64,000 nucleotides of DNA from Lama guanicoe (lineage: Eukaryota): NCBI GenBank assembly GCA_013239625.1, contig MU056000.1, positions 8,037,214-8,101,213 of the forward strand, written 5' to 3'. Of the stretch, positions 58,535 to 64,000 are shown piece by piece. The notes beneath the pieces are model-generated. The model worked only from the letters and a program-made list of their open reading frames with translations. It was not told the DNA's origin and made no database searches. The first letter of the stretch is position 1, and every line of letters starts with the position of its first letter. The translations under genes were made by a program, and so were the position numbers.

Positions 58535-59041
58535 CAATAAAGAAGCTGTGATATATTTATACAATGGAATACTACTCAGCCATAAAAAAGAATAAAATAA
58601 TGCCATTTGCAGCAACATGAATGGATCTGGAGATTGTCATTCTAAGTGAAATAAGCCAGAAAGAGAAAGAAAAATACCATATGATATCTCTCATATGTAG
58701 AATCTCAGAAAAAAGAAGATACAAATGAACTTATTTACAAAACAGAAACAGGCTCACAGACATAGAAAACAAACTTATGATTACCAGGGGGAAAAGGGGG
58801 TGGGGAGGGGTAAATTGGAAGTTTGGGATTTGCAGATACTAACTACTATATATAAAATAGATAAACAATAAGGTCTAATATATAGCACAGGGAACTATAT
58901 TCAATACTTTGTAATAGCCTAGAATGAAAAAGAACACGAAAAGGAACATATGTGTATATATATGTAGACTCAAATCACTATGCAGTATACCAGAAATTGA
59001 CACAACATTGTAAATCGACTACACTTCAATTAAAAAATAAA
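58535..59041 (+). mobile_element. Artiodactyl-type L1 3' end
   Basis: acaatggaatactactcagccataaaaaagaat...atgccatttgcagcaacatg...cacagggaactatattcaat, ending in an A-rich tail. Confidence 0.92.
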
Positions 59042-59783
59042 TGCAAGACAGTATGTATCCTTGACCTGATCAAGACACACTAGATCCAACTAAACAGAGG
59101 GGAGAAATTCCAAGGGAGCTGAGGGACACGGGACCTGCCACTGATCCTAGGAAAGCAGAGCATCTTGAGTGTAATACCAACATCTCAATGTGTCTTCAAA
59201 TGTATGAATTGACTAGAGACCAAATAGCAACCTGTGGAAAAAAGATGCCTTTGCCTCTTTGTCATTATTCTGAGAAGTGCAAGCAGGACTGTGGAGAGGT
59301 TAAGAAGTCAGGCAGAGTCGTACACTTAGTAAAATGAAGGCGAGACACCATTCTTGTCTTCTGTTCTCCAACTCCAGGAGATGTGGTTGCTTAACATAAA
59401 AGCACCATTTAAATCACATTACACACATCAACATTTTAAGGTTAAAAAATTCTTTTGGAAATAGAAATCAACTTATTTGCAGGGGAAATCTTCCTGCTTC
59501 AGATTGTGGTACTGATTCCCCAGTGATCCCCTCCTTAGAGGGTCCAGGTGTGGCTGGGGGAAGCCTGCTGTCCACCAGAAATGGGACGGAAGTCAGCCTC
59601 AGCAGGTGGGAAGGTTGAAATGCTCATTTCTTGCATAAAAATTCAGATTCACTTATAGGTTGTATTAACATAAAACACTAAAATCTATAGAGTCAGTTTC
59701 TTCTTAAATTAACTAGATATTTGAGAATTTTCATGATCACGTGCATTCATTGTCTTTGCACAGATTTAAAATGACTTCATCTG

Positions 59784-60226
59784 GGTCCTAGAGATGATCA
59801 CACTAAGTAAAGTAAGTCAGACAGAGAAAGACAAATATATGAGATCACTTATATGTGGAATCTAAAAAAATGATGCAAATCAACTTACCTACAAAACAGA
59901 AGTGGACTCACAGACATAGAAAACACACTTATGGTTACCAAAGGGGAAAGTGGGAGGTGGGATAAATTAGAAATTTGCGATTAACAGACACACACTACTA
60001 TATATACAATAGATAAACAACAGAGTCCTAATATATAGCACAGGGAACTATATTCAATAGCTTGTAATAACTGATAATGAAAAAGAATATGAAAAAGAAT
60101 ATATATACATGTGTGTATAACTGAATCACTATGCTGCACACCAGAAATTAACACAATATTGCAAACCGTTAAACTTCAATAATAAATAAATGAATAAATA
60201 AAGTTAAAACATTAAAACAAAATAAA
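59784..60226 (+). mobile_element. Artiodactyl-type L1 3' end with TSD
   Basis: ctaagtaaagtaagtcagacagagaaagacaaata...(AATA)n tail. TSD gacttcatctg at 59773-59783 and 60227-60237. Confidence 0.92.
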
Positions 60227-63200
60227 GACTTCATCTGAAATTGCTAATTTTTGTCTGCTTTAGCTAAATATTGGTCCCAGGAAACAGTAAACCCTTAATT
60301 AAACTACACAGTTTGTAATTGCAAAGAAAAGGCCAGAGGTCTACAAAAGGGTACTCTCATGTTATTATTTAAGTTACAGTCATGCCAATGGAGTGGGTGT
60401 GTGTCGGAAAAAAATCCAGGGCTGGAACCAGCTGACCTGGCGGACACTAGCCCATCTTCACATATATGGAGGCACAGGTGGTCCTGCTGGAGGGGACAGC
60501 ACTGCCAGCCAGCCTCCACGGAACACTTACGAAGTTTCAGGGACTGCTCTGAGCAGCTTCTATCTGCTAACCCATCGAGTCTTAACAAGATCCAGGGAAG
60601 ATGCCATCATCTCCATTTGTGTTGACGAAATGGAGGGTCCCGCTGACTGAGACCACACAGCGGTCCTGATGAGCCCGGTGCCACCAAGACAGTCCAGCTT
60701 TGGAGCAGAGCTCTTCCCACGCTTCGTTATACATTCTCTATGGATTTTAATCTCTGTGAATTTGAGCACCTAATGAGATAATGGATGTGAAAGTGCTTGG
60801 AGAAATATAAACTATTATACAAATGTCAGCTATTAGTATTATTATCTAATTATCTAATTACTTAGCCGCATGGTCTGAGAATAAAACCCTGATTGGAATG
60901 TGTCCTGAAAACCCTGTCACAGCACTGTGACACATATTGCTTCCTGCTTTCTTTCATTTTTCAAAGGAGACATATGAGGCTTAGATCATTAAAATGGCTT
61001 GAAATTAAAAACCAAACCAAACCAAACCTAGTGTCAGAGCCAAGAAATGAGAAAGAGAAAGTTCTCTCTTAGCCTGAAATTCCTTTCTCTGGCAACCTCA
61101 AAGCACATTCGCAAACTTGAAGTGTGGTTGAAATGTCACCTCCTCCATGCAGCCTGCCCTGATGCCTGATTGCCTTGGAAAATTAATCCTACCCCCATCA
61201 TGCTACCTTAACACATTGCAAGACCAGACTCTGAGCAATTTCAACAGAGAAATGTGTACAGTATTACACAGCAACAGGTTTTCTGGGAGGAGAGTAACAG
61301 GATAAAAGCAGAGTCTGAACCTTTATGTGAAGGTAGCAGGACCCTGTGTTTCACTAGTTGGAGACACTAGAGACCAGGAATTTCCTGGAGTGCAGAGAAA
61401 GGAAATCTTAATAACGGAGCAACTCAAAGTAAAGTAGTGACCACATTAGGGAAGAAGAAAAGAGTGTGTATTTAAGAGAACTTTTTTTCGCAAAAGCTCC
61501 CTGGTACTTGGGGACTGTGCAGACAGAAAGGGAAGGAGAGCCAACGTGACTGGACACTCTTGAGCCGATCACTGGAAGGACATCGCTGACCCTGCAATCG
61601 GTGCTTGGGGGTTTTCTGCAGCGCAAAGTCCATCTAAGAAAACTGAGCAGACAGTACGGCACTCTGACGACCAGGCACACACCTTCTGTTTCTCCAAGTT
61701 TTAAGGTGATTTATTGGCAGTTGCTAATTCTGGTCTACTTCAGTTGACCACCTGTCCCAGAACACAACTAATACTCAACAAGTGAGTGTGAAAAAGAAGA
61801 AACTCCCCTCATGTGTTGTTCCTCAGGGATGGACTGGCAGGAGATGTGTGTTGGGAAGTCGATGTTTTGCAGAAGGACAGGCTTAATTTTTAAATTATAG
61901 CGTTGATGGAGATGGTGAAAATTGACGGGAGTTAGAAAAAGAATCTGGGCTTGATTTTAACACTGGCTCTAACAGACCTGACTATCTTTCTAGACCTTAA
62001 ATAATTTCCAAGATCAAAGTTTGGTTATACATAAATGTGATTTTTAGGACAGAGATGTAGCTATTCAAGTCATGAATGGTAGAAGCTGAAGCCACAAGAG
62101 CAAGACAAGGTCTCTAAGGGCTAATAAAGATATCAGTTTAATTCCAAAGGATGATTTTACCATCGAAGGAAAGAGTTATTAACAAGAATGCACTAAAATA
62201 AATAGCTGTGAGATCGGCCACCGTCTCAAACAGGTGCTCAGTGAATGTTTTGTTAGGCTTTTAATTCAGGACAGTCAGGAATAATGAACACACAAACTGT
62301 GACAGACAAGTTCAGGGCTCAATACTTGACCGTGGCAGCTTTGTTTAGATATCCTTTTGTCAGAAAGTTTATAAACATTCTTTACTTACTCTTAGGTTAA
62401 ACTAATTCTTTCTAAATGATGTAAAATCTTATCTTTACATAGACCATGAAAAATAAAGCCATCTAGATTCACATGTATCTTTAACTGTTAGAAAATTTGC
62501 ATTCATTCCCAGCCCTCTTGTTATCCAATCTTCGCAGAAGGTTAAGAATAAGTTGAAGGTTAAGTAGTATTTTATTTTAAATGAGAGTTAATTCTTAGAG
62601 CAACATCAAATAAAGAGAAAGGGGAAATTGTTTAACAGAAAATATTGAGTAAGAATAAAGGGGAAAAACAGTGGAAGTTATATGCATACAAAAGGGCTAT
62701 TATCAATTACAAAATCAATGAGAAAAATATCAATTATTTGTAAGAATATTAAACTGATTTAAATTCAGCTCAAAGCACTGCAGTCATATCTAACCACAAG
62801 TTAACTGTACAGATTAAAAACACTGACTGGCTTAAACTGCATTATCAATCCGTTTCATTGAAAGTAGCAGTTTCTTCTCTATGGGCTCTGGATACACTTG
62901 TCAGTTTACAAACTTGCTTGGAATAAGAGGTAGCTCATAGAGATAAACTGGTTGTGTTCTCCTGATATTTGCTAGTAACTTGAAAAGCTCAGATGTAGGA
63001 GTCTCACTGAGGCATTTCCCTGAAAATAGTAAATCAGCCCATCTACTGTTCCTAAAACTAACTGAAAGAAAAAGCTTGGCGGGGGGAGGGGGCTCGTTAT
63101 GCAAGGAAGCTTAGGGTCCATGTGGCTGTTCTCTGGGCAGATATATTTCTAAGCTTCATTTCTAAGTCTCTCTGCCCAGAATATCGATTTCATCTGGTCA

Positions 63201-64000
63201 ACTGCTTGCAATGTATAACGGTTTACATGAAAATTAAAACTTTCATGGTCCCAAGGAAGGGAAAGTACTCATTCGGTTTTTAAACTGATTTGGATTCAAC
63301 CAATATCATTAATTAGTATGCTTTTTGACGTTTGACTATCATATATGAATCGTATATGAATAAAGAGAAGGCTGGTAAAGCTTTTCACACTACACAATAA
63401 CTCAGTTTCTTTACAACTGTATACAGTGGAGGGAAATGAGCAAAGTGACATTTATCACAAAAAATAAATTTCATATATGTAACTTCAGTTTAAAATGCAC
63501 AGCTCAAGAATTTGATTGTGCATGAGATTTTGCATGATATTATCATCATAGAATGGTATTTTTATAACTCACTCTAGTCCCTAACAATTTCCTTGTAAAG
63601 TTTTGTCTTCTGATTATTTACTGTTCAAAAAAAAATGTGGCACAAAATGAAGAAAAGCATTACATATATTTCCTTATAAATTAACAGTCTAAAGATAACA
63701 GATGCATATCTCTCATAGTCGATAATTGTGAAAAGAAATAGAAAACAAATACAAATCAGTTTAGAAAAAAACAAGATTTAAAAGCTAAATCCTGAGAACA
63801 TTACAATGTTCTATAATTGGCATTACACTAGCTTAAAGAACCAGTTTTTAATTTGCCACGAATCATAGACTTTCCCTAGATATCTGCATGGTTTGCTCCT
63901 GTATTCATTCAGGGCCCTGATCGTGCATCTTCTCGCAAAGGATGACTTCTGGTCCTCTGATCATTCTCTCAAAACCAGAGTGGCTCTCAAACTTGCCAGT

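Overview
This is mammalian nuclear DNA lying entirely inside the delta-catenin gene CTNND2 on the minus strand. The tRNA-derived SINEs look like the camelid Vic family, so the source is probably camel, alpaca or llama. Four coding exons with canonical AG/GT boundaries are present: 55017-54842, 40280-39798, 17838-17644 and 7046-6791. They correspond to human exons 6-9 (numbering and human protein recalled from memory). The rest is intron carrying L1, L2, L3/CR1, MIR, MaLR/ERV1 LTRs, hAT and mariner MITEs and Vic SINEs. The strongest anomaly is the GC-rich exon 7. It lacks about 82 bp between its poly-Pro (CCG)n and poly-Ala (GCC)n tracts, which shifts the frame and creates a premature TGA at 40169-40167. 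This is most likely an assembly collapse, but a real allele cannot be excluded from the sequence alone. Other leads are a promoter-like motif array just upstream of exon 7, inverted SINEs flanking exon 6, a cluster of AT-to-GC substitutions, an in-frame alternative acceptor at exon 9, and an L2 > LTR > double-SINE nest. I found no prokaryote-type system, CRISPR array or new protein-coding gene. Repeat family names come from recalled consensus motifs and need RepeatMasker/Dfam confirmation.
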